Assembly: GCA_963666055.2 (NCBI GenBank)
Contig: CAXWPH010000015.1
Span: forward strand, 1,920,001-1,984,000
Reading direction: 5' to 3'
From: Acidobacteriota bacterium
Lineage (GTDB): Bacteria > Acidobacteriota > UBA890 > WLXD01
Length of the DNA: 64,000 nt
Below the pieces are notes generated by a model, which searched no databases, was not told where the DNA came from, and saw only the letters and a list, made by a program, of their open reading frames with translations. The translations under genes were made by a program, and so were the position numbers. Below, in pieces: positions 9,970 through 19,096 of the stretch. Each line of letters begins with the position of its first letter. Position 1 is the first letter of the stretch.

Positions 9970-10905
9970 ATGCGGTCGAAAGCAAGCAACTCGACGGAAA
10001 ACACCATCGAGGCCGGGACCCTTTATATCGTCGCCACGCCGATCGGCAATCTGGGAGACCTCACGCGGCGTGCCGAGCATGTGCTCGGTGGCGTTGACTC
10101 GGTCTTGGCAGAAGACACTCGGCGTACCCGCCGGCTGCTATCGCACCTTGGCATTTCAACGCGCCTCGAAGCCCACCACGAGCACAACGAGGCCCGTACG
10201 GTGCCCAGGTTAGTCGAACGGCTACGTGGTGGGGCGGCGCTGGCCTTGGTCAGCGACGCCGGAACGCCGGCAGTGGCGGATCCTGGCTACAGGCTAGTTC
10301 GAGCCGCAATCGACGCCGGGGCCTCGATCGTGCCGGTACCCGGCGCCAGCGCGGTTCTGGCGGCGCTGGTCGGATCAGGCCTGCCGATGGACCGATTCAC
10401 CTTCGTCGGATACCCGCCGCGCAAGGACGGTGAGCGCAGGCGGTTTCTGCGCCAGCTGGTGGCCACTCCAGGCACATTGGTGCTGCTGGAATCGCCGCGC
10501 CGAATCGCCGCCACGTTGGCGGCAGCAGCAGAGATCCTGGGCAACCGGCAGGCGGCGCTGGCGCGCGAGCTCACCAAGATGCACGAGGAATTCCGACGCG
10601 GTAGCCTGGCCGAGATCCTGGCGGAGCTGGAACATGACGTTCGCGGCGAGATCACCTTGTGCATCGGCCCACCGGATGACGGGCCGCGGCAGGCACCCGA
10701 CGACGACCAGCTACGGCGCAGCTACGCAGACAAGCTCGGGGCCGGCATCGAGCGCAGCGCTGCCCTGCGGCAGCTGGCGACGGAAACCGGTTTGCGTCGC
10801 CGTGATGTCTACGGCGCACTACACTTGCGGCCGCCTGAGGCCGTCGACGAGAGGACCGCGCCTCCGACGACGAACGACGAACCCGACTCCGGAGCCACGG
10901 AATGA
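9970..10905 (+). CDS. rsmI: 16S rRNA (cytidine1402-2'-O)-methyltransferase
   Basis: LYIVATPIGNL, AEDTR, VSDAGTPAVADPG, ESPRR and ARELTKMHEE motifs. Confidence 0.95.
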   Translation: MRSKASNSTENTIEAGTLYIVATPIGNLGDLTRRAEHVLGGVDSVLAEDTRRTRRLLSHLGISTRLEAHHEHNEARTVPRLVERLRGGAALALVSDAGTPAVADPGYRLVRAAIDAGASIVPVPGASAVLAALVGSGLPMDRFTFVGYPPRKDGERRRFLRQLVATPGTLVLLESPRRIAATLAAAAEILGNRQAALARELTKMHEEFRRGSLAEILAELEHDVRGEITLCIGPPDDGPRQAPDDDQLRRSYADKLGAGIERSAALRQLATETGLRRRDVYGALHLRPPEAVDERTAPPTTNDEPDSGATE

Positions 10906-11333
10906 AACACCTGCTGACCGTCATCGCGACCGTGCTTGTTACAGCCGCCTGCAGCCCGCCATCGGGCGAGGAGCTTGTTCAGAAGGTCATGGAACAGAGG
11001 AACAACTACGACGCCACGCCGCAATCATGGATTGTGCGCCCCGACAGCTCCATCTACCTCGAGGTGTTGGTGGTCAACAATAACCTCGAGGGAGGCCTGC
11101 GAACGCTCACGGTCCTGGTCGAGCAGCTCGACGCCGATGACAGCGTGCTCAAGAGCGAACGCGTGCCGATCAACGTGGTGTCGCTGACTGCCGGTCTCGG
11201 CAAGAACCTCGGGGTCAGCGTCATGGCCGTGCGACCCGATGTGGAGTACGTACGTTTGCTCATCGAGACTGCTCCAGAAGCCGATACCTGGCCGGACTTC
11301 CCCGAGTTCGGCGCTGTCCGCCCCCGCGACTGA
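10902..11333 (+). CDS. Lipoprotein of unknown function
   Basis: Lipobox VTAAC after a hydrophobic signal, ATGA overlap with the rsmI stop, and a beta-rich mature part. Confidence 0.75.
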   Translation: MKHLLTVIATVLVTAACSPPSGEELVQKVMEQRNNYDATPQSWIVRPDSSIYLEVLVVNNNLEGGLRTLTVLVEQLDADDSVLKSERVPINVVSLTAGLGKNLGVSVMAVRPDVEYVRLLIETAPEADTWPDFPEFGAVRPRD

Positions 11334-11340
11334 GCGCAAG

Positions 11341-11377
11341 CTAGCAGGCCCCGCCACACTTCCACCACGGCCTGCTA
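11341..11377. repeat. CTAG-ended mini inverted-repeat element, copy 1
   Basis: TAGCAGGCC-ccgccacacttccaccac-GGCCTGCTA. A 25-bp stretch is identical to the reverse complement of 21323-21347. It contains the stop codon of the oxidase gene. Confidence 0.75.
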
Positions 11378-12526
11378 CGAAGCGGACACGGTGAAGAGCT
11401 GGCGGTGGCCCTCCAGGATCCGCGCCTTCGCTTCGGCGTCAGGCTCTATCGTCTCGACGCCGCGTTCGTGAGTACCGCCGAGCAGAATGCCGTCCGAGCG
11501 CGGAAACATGTAGAGCTCATCTTTGACAACGATGTAGTCCACCTCCGGCTGTGGCAGGAGCACTGTGAGCTGCCCCTTCACCGGCAGCATCTCGGCATCG
11601 CCGAACAAATCGCGGGCACCCAGACCGGCGCAGTTGACGATCACTTGCTCCGGCAGTTGTTGCAGCTCCGACGGAGCTGCGAAGTCGCGTACGACGATCC
11701 GTCCCCCTGCTAAATGGAAGTCACGTTGTAGGGCGTCGAGATATGCCGGCATCTCGACCAGCATGGTGGTGAATCGGTAGGCATGGGCGGTTGGGAAGGG
11801 ATGCTCGTCGCGGCGCAGAATCTGCGTTTCCGGATAGAGTTCCGCGAGCGCGCCTCGTGACCCGGCCAGAGGATCGTCGCCAACGATGTAGTTCTCGATC
11901 CATCGTACGGCGTAGTGTTGGCCGACGAGGTTCTGGAAATATTGATGCGCAAGGCGTGCGGCACGTACGAACTGGGCATCGTACGTCGCGGTCGTCCGAC
12001 CCGGGTCGGAGACCATCGACGGTGACCACTGGCCGCCCGCCATGTTTGACGTCGTCTTCGGCGGCAAGTCGCGCGCGTAGATCGTCGTCTTCCACCCACG
12101 TTGTTGCATTACGCGAGCTGTCGCCAGGCCAACCGCTCCGCAGCCGATGACGGCGCAGCGCCGCGTATCCGCACCGGCGGCGATCTCCTCGGCTAGCAGC
12201 GCGGTGCCCCAGGAAAGCGTCACCCCGCCGCCCCCGTGCCCATAGTTGTGCACTACAAGCTGGCGATCGAATCGCTCGGCCTCGACGCGAAAGCCCGACG
12301 GCCTGAAGGGGCGAAGGCCGACGACGGTGCGGATCTCGCGGCGCGGGTCGACGTGCACTGGAAAGAGCGTGCGCGCCCGCGGTGGTGCCCAAACGGCTCT
12401 ACTACGGCCGTCTAGCGCCCCCGGGGTGCTCGTCGCAACACGATCGGCGCGCCCTGCGCAAGCGAGGCCGAATCCGCCCGCGGCGGCCAGCCCGCTCAGG
12501 TTCCACAGCAGCGTTCGCCGGTCCAT
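11375..12526 (-). CDS. FAD-dependent D-amino acid oxidase-like protein, Tat signal, circularly permuted
   Basis: MDRRTLL twin-arginine signal with a possible lipobox (GLAC). GLRPFR and VVHNYGHGGGGVTLSWG come before VIGCGAVG. Also VNCAGLGA and PVKGQ. Confidence 0.85.
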   Translation of the reverse strand: MDRRTLLWNLSGLAAAGGFGLACAGRADRVATSTPGALDGRSRAVWAPPRARTLFPVHVDPRREIRTVVGLRPFRPSGFRVEAERFDRQLVVHNYGHGGGGVTLSWGTALLAEEIAAGADTRRCAVIGCGAVGLATARVMQQRGWKTTIYARDLPPKTTSNMAGGQWSPSMVSDPGRTTATYDAQFVRAARLAHQYFQNLVGQHYAVRWIENYIVGDDPLAGSRGALAELYPETQILRRDEHPFPTAHAYRFTTMLVEMPAYLDALQRDFHLAGGRIVVRDFAAPSELQQLPEQVIVNCAGLGARDLFGDAEMLPVKGQLTVLLPQPEVDYIVVKDELYMFPRSDGILLGGTHERGVETIEPDAEAKARILEGHRQLFTVSAS

Positions 12527-12566
12527 AGGCCGCCATCATGGCGGCAACACCGCTACAACTGGGCAT

Positions 12567-12743
12567 CTACGACTGCTCCTCGCAGATGACACAGACGGTG
12601 TCGCTAGCCACGTCCGGCGCACTGGCGACCTGCACGTTCTTGACGGTGCCCGGCCAGGCGTTGGCGCCGGCGCTACCGAGCTACCCGGGGGCGGCGACCA
12701 CGAACTCGATCTGCCGACCCGACGGCGAGTAACAGGTACTCAC
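12567..12743 (-). other. Short coding-like stretch with an internal TAG (pseudogene fragment or recoded peptide)
   Basis: GTG-initiated 59 codons: MSTCYSPSGRQIEFVVAAPG*LGSAGANAWPGTVKNVQVASAPDVASDTVCVICEEQS*. GC-rich third positions, and in frame with the upstream gene. Confidence 0.3.
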
Positions 12744-12755
12744 CGCGTTGAACGA

Positions 12756-13757
12756 TCAGTTGTTGTCGCCAGCTACAATCGCTTCTACCGCCTCGACCGC
12801 CGCCTCCGAGGTCACCCCAGCGATCGAGTTGAGGCAGTCGAGCAAGTTGCTGCAATCCGACGACGGATCGTCGACTGGAGTCGCTGCCAGCACCTCGGCG
12901 GGTATGTCGCGCGCCGAACGATAAGCGCGAACCATGCGCTCAAACCACGCCGGGTCGAGGGTCGAGTCTTGAGCAGTCGGGTAGTAGACGGCGTTGCCCT
13001 CGGTCACCTTCAGGTGCTCAACGGCACTCGCCAGCGATTCACGATAGCGCTCCCGGTCGGGAGCCGTGAACTGCCCGGCGCTGGACCGTAGGTAATCGAC
13101 GGCGCGCTGCCAGACGACCGGATCCGGCTCCATGTCGCGCTGTCGCCCATAGGCTTCCATGCGCGCCAGCGAGCGCTTCCATTCATCTGCCGAGTACATA
13201 CCCGGGTGCGGTGGCTGATGACAGGCCGAGCAGGCCTGCAGGTACGCACCGCCGCCCTCGCTTCGCAGGTTGGGAAACTGACCGTTCTGGGCATAGTTGC
13301 GCACGATCGCGGCGCGATAACGGCTGTTGACCTGCGCTGCGATCGCCGCCGGATCGTGGGCGCCTTGCTGCTCGATGAGTTGGCCGGCGACTACCGCCTC
13401 CTCGAGACATGTAGCGCAGGCAGCCGCGTGCTGCGATCGATAGCAGTCGACCACACCCGTGTGTCCGTATAGCTCGCACGGACAATAGCAGGCGATCTTC
13501 TCGAGCACCTCTGGGTGATCGCGGGCGACACGGTAGGCCACCGGAATCCGTTGCAGATAGTCGAGCGGTATGAAGTCCTTTCGCGGCGTGGCGGCGGCGG
13601 GCGCGGCGCTGTTCGGTTGGTCGGGCGTGCCGACAGCAGCGCTGGGCGCGCTGCCGCCGTCCGCGGCGAGTGTCGACGAGCTGCCCGTGGCTTGGCTGCC
13701 ACAAGCGGCCACCGTGATCATCGCGGCGCCGATGAGCAAAAGCTGCCTTGCCCCCAT
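12756..13757 (-). CDS. Lipoprotein with PCYCGC-type Cys/His domain and a c-type heme motif
   Basis: RBS AGGAG, lipobox VAAC, ACYCPC...DC...HAAACATC, CSACH, and a second degenerate PCYCGC-like repeat at the C-terminus. Confidence 0.8.
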   Translation of the reverse strand: MGARQLLLIGAAMITVAACGSQATGSSSTLAADGGSAPSAAVGTPDQPNSAAPAAATPRKDFIPLDYLQRIPVAYRVARDHPEVLEKIACYCPCELYGHTGVVDCYRSQHAAACATCLEEAVVAGQLIEQQGAHDPAAIAAQVNSRYRAAIVRNYAQNGQFPNLRSEGGGAYLQACSACHQPPHPGMYSADEWKRSLARMEAYGRQRDMEPDPVVWQRAVDYLRSSAGQFTAPDRERYRESLASAVEHLKVTEGNAVYYPTAQDSTLDPAWFERMVRAYRSARDIPAEVLAATPVDDPSSDCSNLLDCLNSIAGVTSEAAVEAVEAIVAGDNN

Positions 13758-13824
13758 TGTTCTCACTCCTCGCATCGACTGCGCTGTCCCAGCACGTCCG
13801 TCGCTTGACCTCTCCGTACGCGGC

Positions 13825-14928
13825 TCATCGCCGCGACGGCACCACCGCGTCTTCCGACTCCTCACTAGCTTCCCACAGCGCAAGGACTCCCCCAAAGCGC
13901 GGATCGACAATCTCGATATTTGCTCTCTCGCGGAGATTGCGCACGTATTCGTTCATGCGCACCTGTGACTTTTCCGACGTCAGCCGCTGTCGTATCGACT
14001 CTCGCGCGTCGTCGAGCTCGGCAATGTCCTGTTCGCTGCGCTCCACCACCTTGACGATCGAGAAGCCGAACGTCGTCTCGATCGGGTCCGAGAACGACCC
14101 CACCGTCAGCGCCGGAACCGTCGCTGCCAGACCTTCGGTGAGATCTTCCACAGCAATGAAGCTACCGGTATCGGCGACGTGTTGACCGTTGACGTACTTC
14201 TCCCCCACGGCGCTTGCGTCTTCACCGGCCTGAAGTTCCGCCGCGGCGGCGAACGCCTGCTGGCGCAGCGAGGCTGGCTCGCCGATGAACACCAACTGCT
14301 CTAGGCGCACCTGTTCCGGCGCGGTGAACTCATCCCGGTTGTCGGTGTAGTAGTCGTTGATCTCGGTCTCGGAAACGAAAATCTGCCGCTGCACCTCATC
14401 AAAAGCGAGGCGCTGCTGGCGCAGGTTATCGCGCAACTGCTCGCGGAGCTCGTCCATGGTGAGCCCCATTTCCTCCAACGCGGCATTGAGCTCTGCGTCC
14501 GTCGTGAAGCCGTTTGTTTCGCGCAGGCCTTGGATCTGACGATCGACCATGTTGGCGTCGACCGTGATGCCGACCAGGTCGGCGCGCTGCAGCATCATTT
14601 TCTGATCGACCATCCCGGCGAGGATTTGCGTGGTCAACATCGGTATCTGCGCTTCGATCTCCTCCGCCGGGAATTGCTGGCGCAAGAGGCTCAGCCGATC
14701 CTCGACTACAGAGCGCAACTCGGTCAGCAGGATCGGGTCTCCGTTGACCTTTATCAGCACCATGTTGATGATGTTGTCAGGCACACGCGGCATGCTCGTC
14801 GCCGTCACCAGGGCATCCTCGGTCGCCTCCTGAGCGAGTGCCCGCGCCGGCACGAAGAGCGCTGCCGCGCTGATACAGGCGGCACAGAGCGCGATGGTCA
14901 GGAGCGACATGCCGGGATTCTCGTTCAT
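13825..14928 (-). CDS. SurA/PrsA-type periplasmic chaperone / parvulin PPIase
   Basis: Signal peptide, KVNGDPILLTEL SurA-N-like start, and parvulin-like SDPIETTFGFSIVKV. Positioned downstream of mfd. Confidence 0.85.
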   Translation of the reverse strand: MNENPGMSLLTIALCAACISAAALFVPARALAQEATEDALVTATSMPRVPDNIINMVLIKVNGDPILLTELRSVVEDRLSLLRQQFPAEEIEAQIPMLTTQILAGMVDQKMMLQRADLVGITVDANMVDRQIQGLRETNGFTTDAELNAALEEMGLTMDELREQLRDNLRQQRLAFDEVQRQIFVSETEINDYYTDNRDEFTAPEQVRLEQLVFIGEPASLRQQAFAAAAELQAGEDASAVGEKYVNGQHVADTGSFIAVEDLTEGLAATVPALTVGSFSDPIETTFGFSIVKVVERSEQDIAELDDARESIRQRLTSEKSQVRMNEYVRNLRERANIEIVDPRFGGVLALWEASEESEDAVVPSRR

Positions 14929-15161
14929 CGTCTCAGCTCGACGGATCGTAGGCGGTGCGATTGACGGGGCGGGCCGGTCTCCCGGAATCGGGCAATGACG
15001 TCGGTATGGGAAGGCTGCGAGCGTCGGCGGTGCGGGGAAACGGCGACGGAATACCGTAGATCAGCGTACCACGGGCCGGTTGTGGCCTTCATCCGACAAA
15101 CAGCGGCTTTCGCTGCCGGGGGCCTAGCAGGCCCGATATCTGGCTGCGAATTGGTGCGGTT

Positions 15162-18100
15162 TCAACGCAACACGTCGAGAACCTCGCGCACTGCTGCCAA
15201 GCGTCCCGCTGGGCTGTGGGTAGCCATTGCCACCAGCAGCCCGTCTGGCGGCGAGAGCGTCCAGCTGTGCTCACTTTCCACTTTCTCGATGAGCCGATCT
15301 GTGGAGATCGGCGCGTCTTCCGAGAGGCGTATCAGCACACCATCGCCCTTGCGCTCGACACTCAACACGCCGAGTGCCTCAGCAGCCAGCCGCAGCGAAG
15401 CATAGGCGAAGAGCTGCTCGACTTCGGGCGGTACCGCCCCGTAGCGATCGCGCAGCTCTGCTTGCAACTGCTCCAGCTTGTCCTCGGTACGAGCCGAGGC
15501 CAGGCGCTTGCTCACCATCAAGCGCTGTAATGGGTCTTCGATGTAACCAACGGGTATTTGCAGATCGATGCCGAGGCTCAGTTGAGCGCGATACGCCGGG
15601 GCCACCGGCTCGCCCTTGAGCTCGTGCACGGCCTCCTCGAGCATGCGAGCGTACAGCTCGAAGCCCACCGCCGCGATGTGGCCGTGTTGACGCTCTCCCA
15701 GTAGCGCGCCGGCACCGCGGATCTCGAGGTCCATGGCCGCGAGGCGAAACCCGGATCCGAGGTCAGAGAACTCCTGGATGGCACGCAGCCGCTTCTTCGC
15801 CACCGGTGTCAGCGTGTCGACTGGTGGAACCATCAGATAGGCGTAGGCCCGGCGCGTCGATCGACCGACTCGTCCACGGAGCTGGTAAAGCTGCGCCAAC
15901 CCGAAGGTGTCGGCACGATTCACGATGATGGTATTCGCCATGGGGATGTCGAGGCCGTTCTCGATGATCGCCGTGGTGATCAGCACGTTGGCGCGTCCCT
16001 CGACGAAGTCGAACATGGCGCGTTCGAGCTCTGCCTTGGGCAGCTGCCCGTGCACCACCCGAAACTCTGCCTCGGGAACGAGCTCCCTCAGCGCAGCAGC
16101 GACACGATATATGGATTCGACTCGGTTGTGCACGAAGAACACTTGCCCGCCTCGAGACAGCTCCTCACGGAGTGCGTCGGCGATGATCTCGCGATCGTAG
16201 GGAACGATGTGGGTGGCGATGGCGTAGCGATCCTTCGGCGGCGTCTCGATGACACTGAGGTCACGCACCCCGAGGAGCGACATCTGCAGGGTGCGAGGAA
16301 TCGGCGTGGCGGTCATCGCAAGGACGTCGACGCTGCGCTTGAGGCGCTTGAGCCGCTCCTTCTGTCCGACGCCAAAGCGCTGCTCCTCGTCGACCACCAA
16401 CAAGCCCAGATCCTTGAACTCCACGTCCTTGCCGAGCAGACGGTGGGTGCCCACCGCCACGTCGGCGCGACTGTCGCGAATGGCCTCCACAGTGGCGCGA
16501 ATCTGTGCCGAAGTGCGAAACCTCGACAGCAGCTCCACGCGCACCGGAAACGCGGCGAAACGCGCCTGCAAGGTGCGCCAGTGCTGGTAAGCAAGAATGG
16601 TGGTTGGCGACAGGAACGCCACCTGCTTGCCTTCCATGACGGCCTTGAAAGCGGCGCGCATGGCGACCTCGGTCTTGCCGTAGCCAACGTCGCCACAAAG
16701 GAGCCGGTCCATCACGGTGCTCGACTCCATATCGGCCTTGACGTCGGCAATGGCGGCGAGTTGGTCGCTCGTCTCGTCGTATTCGAAGCTATCCTCGAGC
16801 TCTCGTTGCCAGGCAGTATCGGCTCCGAACGAGTACCCGACCGCCGCCTTGCGCCCCGCGTAGAGCTCGAGCAGGTCACTTGCCAGCTCGCGTAGCGACT
16901 CGCGCACGCGGCTCTTGACCTTGCTCCAGCTGGTGCCGCCTAGCTTGTCGATCTTTGCTCGGACTTCTTCGCCAACGTGGTATTTCTGTACCAGATAGAG
17001 CTGCTCAAGAGGCAGGTACAACCGGTCGCCGGCGCGATACTCGATCTCCATGAACTCCGACGTCGAATCGCCCACGGGAAGCTGACGCACACCGGCGAAG
17101 CGGCCGATGCCGTGATCCTCGTGGATAACGAAATCACCGGGCTGGAGATCGCGGAAGTCACCCCGGAACGCGTCGCCGCGAAAGCGACGGCTTCGCCCCG
17201 GCGGGCGACTGCGACCGAACACCTCCGCGTCGGTGGCGAGCCAGAACCCGATGTCGGTCAGCCGGAACCCGGCGGTCAGCTCGCCGCAGCCAATTCGACA
17301 CGTTCCCGGCGGCAGCGGCGCTGCTTCATCAGACGACGATGTGTGCTCCGGATCGCCCAGCTGCAGCTTTGCAGATACTCCATAGCCTTCGAGAATCTCC
17401 GCCAGGCGTTCGGCCTTGCCGACGTTCGACAGCACGAACGCCACTCGCTCGCCGGCGTCGAGCTCGAGCTTCAGGCTGTGCGCCAGCTCTGCCAACCGAC
17501 CGCGATAACTGGTAACGGTCTGTGCCGTGTGCACAATGCCGTCGCCCACTCCGGATGTGAGCTCCGTAGTCCGTATGCGCATGGCACCAGACTTTCTCGC
17601 CAGCGCCCGCTCCAGGTCGTGCACCAGCTCGTCCGGAAGCGGAGCGTCCTGGCCGGCCGCGAGTGCCTGGTGATAATGCTCGTCGAGATATTCGTGCCAG
17701 CGCTCGGCGTTGCTGTCGATGACCTCCGGCTCGATCTCCGCCCACGCCGGGTCGGGGAGGTAGTCGACCAGAGCCGCCTGCAGCAGAGCGTGATTATGTG
17801 CCACTTCGGCCGGGTGGTCCGCAGCACGGGACGTTGCCGGGGGGAGCTCGAAGTCATCGGCCGAGCGCATCGACCGCTGGTCGCGAGGGTTGAACTCGCG
17901 AATCGACTCGATCTCGTCGCCGAAGAAGTCGAGGCGAACCGGATGTTCCCGCGTCGGCGGGAATATGTCGACGATTCCGCCGCGAACGGCAAACTCCCCC
18001 AACGACTCCACCAGCGTGACGCGCCGATAACCGGAGTCCACCAGATGACCGGCCAGCTTCGCCGGGTCGATCTCGGTCCCTGTGCCGAGCCGCAGCGATC

Positions 18101-18518
18101 TCTCGCGAAAGCGTTCGGGCGACTGAATACGCTCCATCCAGCAGCGCACCGGTGCGAGAAGGATGTCGACGCGACCGCGGCTGCATCGGTGGAGCGTTTG
18201 GAGCCGCTCGCGCACAATGTCGTCGTGCGGCGGCACGGCGCCGTACGGATTGACCTCGAGCGGCGGAAACGCGACCACCGTGCCGGCTCGACGCTCATGA
18301 AAGCGACGCAGGTCGAGGAGCACCAACTCCAGGTCGAGATCCGCAGGAACGACGACTGCCAGGGTACGCGACGCGGTGATCTGGACCTCGCTCAACACCG
18401 CCGCCAGGTGGCTGCCGCTCAACCCCTCGAGGCGCACGTCTCCCCCGGTGCGCACCGCTGCCAAGGTGGCACCCATCGCGGGACGCTCCCGCAGTGTGGC
18501 GAGAATGGCGTCGAGCAT
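15162..18518 (-). CDS. mfd: Transcription-repair coupling factor
   Basis: GEFAVRGGIVDIF, HGIGRF, DRLLCGDVGYGKT, DEEQRFG, TATPIPRTL, QLRGRVGRS and DLEIRGAG motifs. Confidence 0.97.
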   Translation of the reverse strand: MLDAILATLRERPAMGATLAAVRTGGDVRLEGLSGSHLAAVLSEVQITASRTLAVVVPADLDLELVLLDLRRFHERRAGTVVAFPPLEVNPYGAVPPHDDIVRERLQTLHRCSRGRVDILLAPVRCWMERIQSPERFRERSLRLGTGTEIDPAKLAGHLVDSGYRRVTLVESLGEFAVRGGIVDIFPPTREHPVRLDFFGDEIESIREFNPRDQRSMRSADDFELPPATSRAADHPAEVAHNHALLQAALVDYLPDPAWAEIEPEVIDSNAERWHEYLDEHYHQALAAGQDAPLPDELVHDLERALARKSGAMRIRTTELTSGVGDGIVHTAQTVTSYRGRLAELAHSLKLELDAGERVAFVLSNVGKAERLAEILEGYGVSAKLQLGDPEHTSSSDEAAPLPPGTCRIGCGELTAGFRLTDIGFWLATDAEVFGRSRPPGRSRRFRGDAFRGDFRDLQPGDFVIHEDHGIGRFAGVRQLPVGDSTSEFMEIEYRAGDRLYLPLEQLYLVQKYHVGEEVRAKIDKLGGTSWSKVKSRVRESLRELASDLLELYAGRKAAVGYSFGADTAWQRELEDSFEYDETSDQLAAIADVKADMESSTVMDRLLCGDVGYGKTEVAMRAAFKAVMEGKQVAFLSPTTILAYQHWRTLQARFAAFPVRVELLSRFRTSAQIRATVEAIRDSRADVAVGTHRLLGKDVEFKDLGLLVVDEEQRFGVGQKERLKRLKRSVDVLAMTATPIPRTLQMSLLGVRDLSVIETPPKDRYAIATHIVPYDREIIADALREELSRGGQVFFVHNRVESIYRVAAALRELVPEAEFRVVHGQLPKAELERAMFDFVEGRANVLITTAIIENGLDIPMANTIIVNRADTFGLAQLYQLRGRVGRSTRRAYAYLMVPPVDTLTPVAKKRLRAIQEFSDLGSGFRLAAMDLEIRGAGALLGERQHGHIAAVGFELYARMLEEAVHELKGEPVAPAYRAQLSLGIDLQIPVGYIEDPLQRLMVSKRLASARTEDKLEQLQAELRDRYGAVPPEVEQLFAYASLRLAAEALGVLSVERKGDGVLIRLSEDAPISTDRLIEKVESEHSWTLSPPDGLLVAMATHSPAGRLAAVREVLDVLR

Positions 18519-18592
18519 TGCGTAACGAACCGTCGAGCGCGTATCTGCCGAAGGGATACCGCAGCCGTCAAGTCTTCCGGCGCGCGGCCGGC

Positions 18593-19096
18593 CTATTCGG
18601 CCGGCGTCAACGGTACAGCACGGATACGTGCGACGATGTCCGTGGTGGAACAGCCTGGCACTAGTTCGAGAAACACGACTTCGCCGCCGACCGCCCGCGC
18701 GGCTTCCGCTTCGGGCATTTCCCGGTTCCGCCAATCAGCCCCTTTGGCGTAGACGTCTGGGCGTAGGCTGGTGATCAGTTCGGCCGCCGTGTCTCCATCA
18801 AACGGCACGACATGGTCGACCCACCGAATCGCACGAAGAAGCTCCAACCGCTCCGAAAGGGGCACGAAGGGACGATCTGCGCCCTTCAGGTGTCGGACCG
18901 ACTGGTCACTGTTAACGCCAACGACGAGGCAGTCGCCGAGCGCCCGTGCTTGCCGTAAACCTTCGAGATGTCCGGCGTGCAGCAGGTCGAAGCAGCCGTT
19001 GGTGAAGACGATGCGCTCGCCGCATTCGCGGTGCCGCACCAGGGCCGCGGCGACATCCGAGCCGCCGTCCGAGCTGCCGCCCGAACGCTTAGCCAC
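18593..19096 (-). CDS. D-glycero-beta-D-manno-heptose 1-phosphate adenylyltransferase-like protein (stand-alone HldE C-domain)
   Basis: VFTNGCFDLLHAGH, VGVNSD.SV..LKG..RP, PDVYAKGAD and STT motifs. GTG start overlaps the end of wzt. Confidence 0.85.
   Translation of the reverse strand: MAKRSGGSSDGGSDVAAALVRHRECGERIVFTNGCFDLLHAGHLEGLRQARALGDCLVVGVNSDQSVRHLKGADRPFVPLSERLELLRAIRWVDHVVPFDGDTAAELITSLRPDVYAKGADWRNREMPEAEAARAVGGEVVFLELVPGCSTTDIVARIRAVPLTPAE

Noticed and set aside
12681-12683. Pyrrolysine as the explanation for the in-frame TAG
   Set aside because: No pyl genes in the window, and TAG is used as an ordinary stop by many genes here. Kept only as an untested option.
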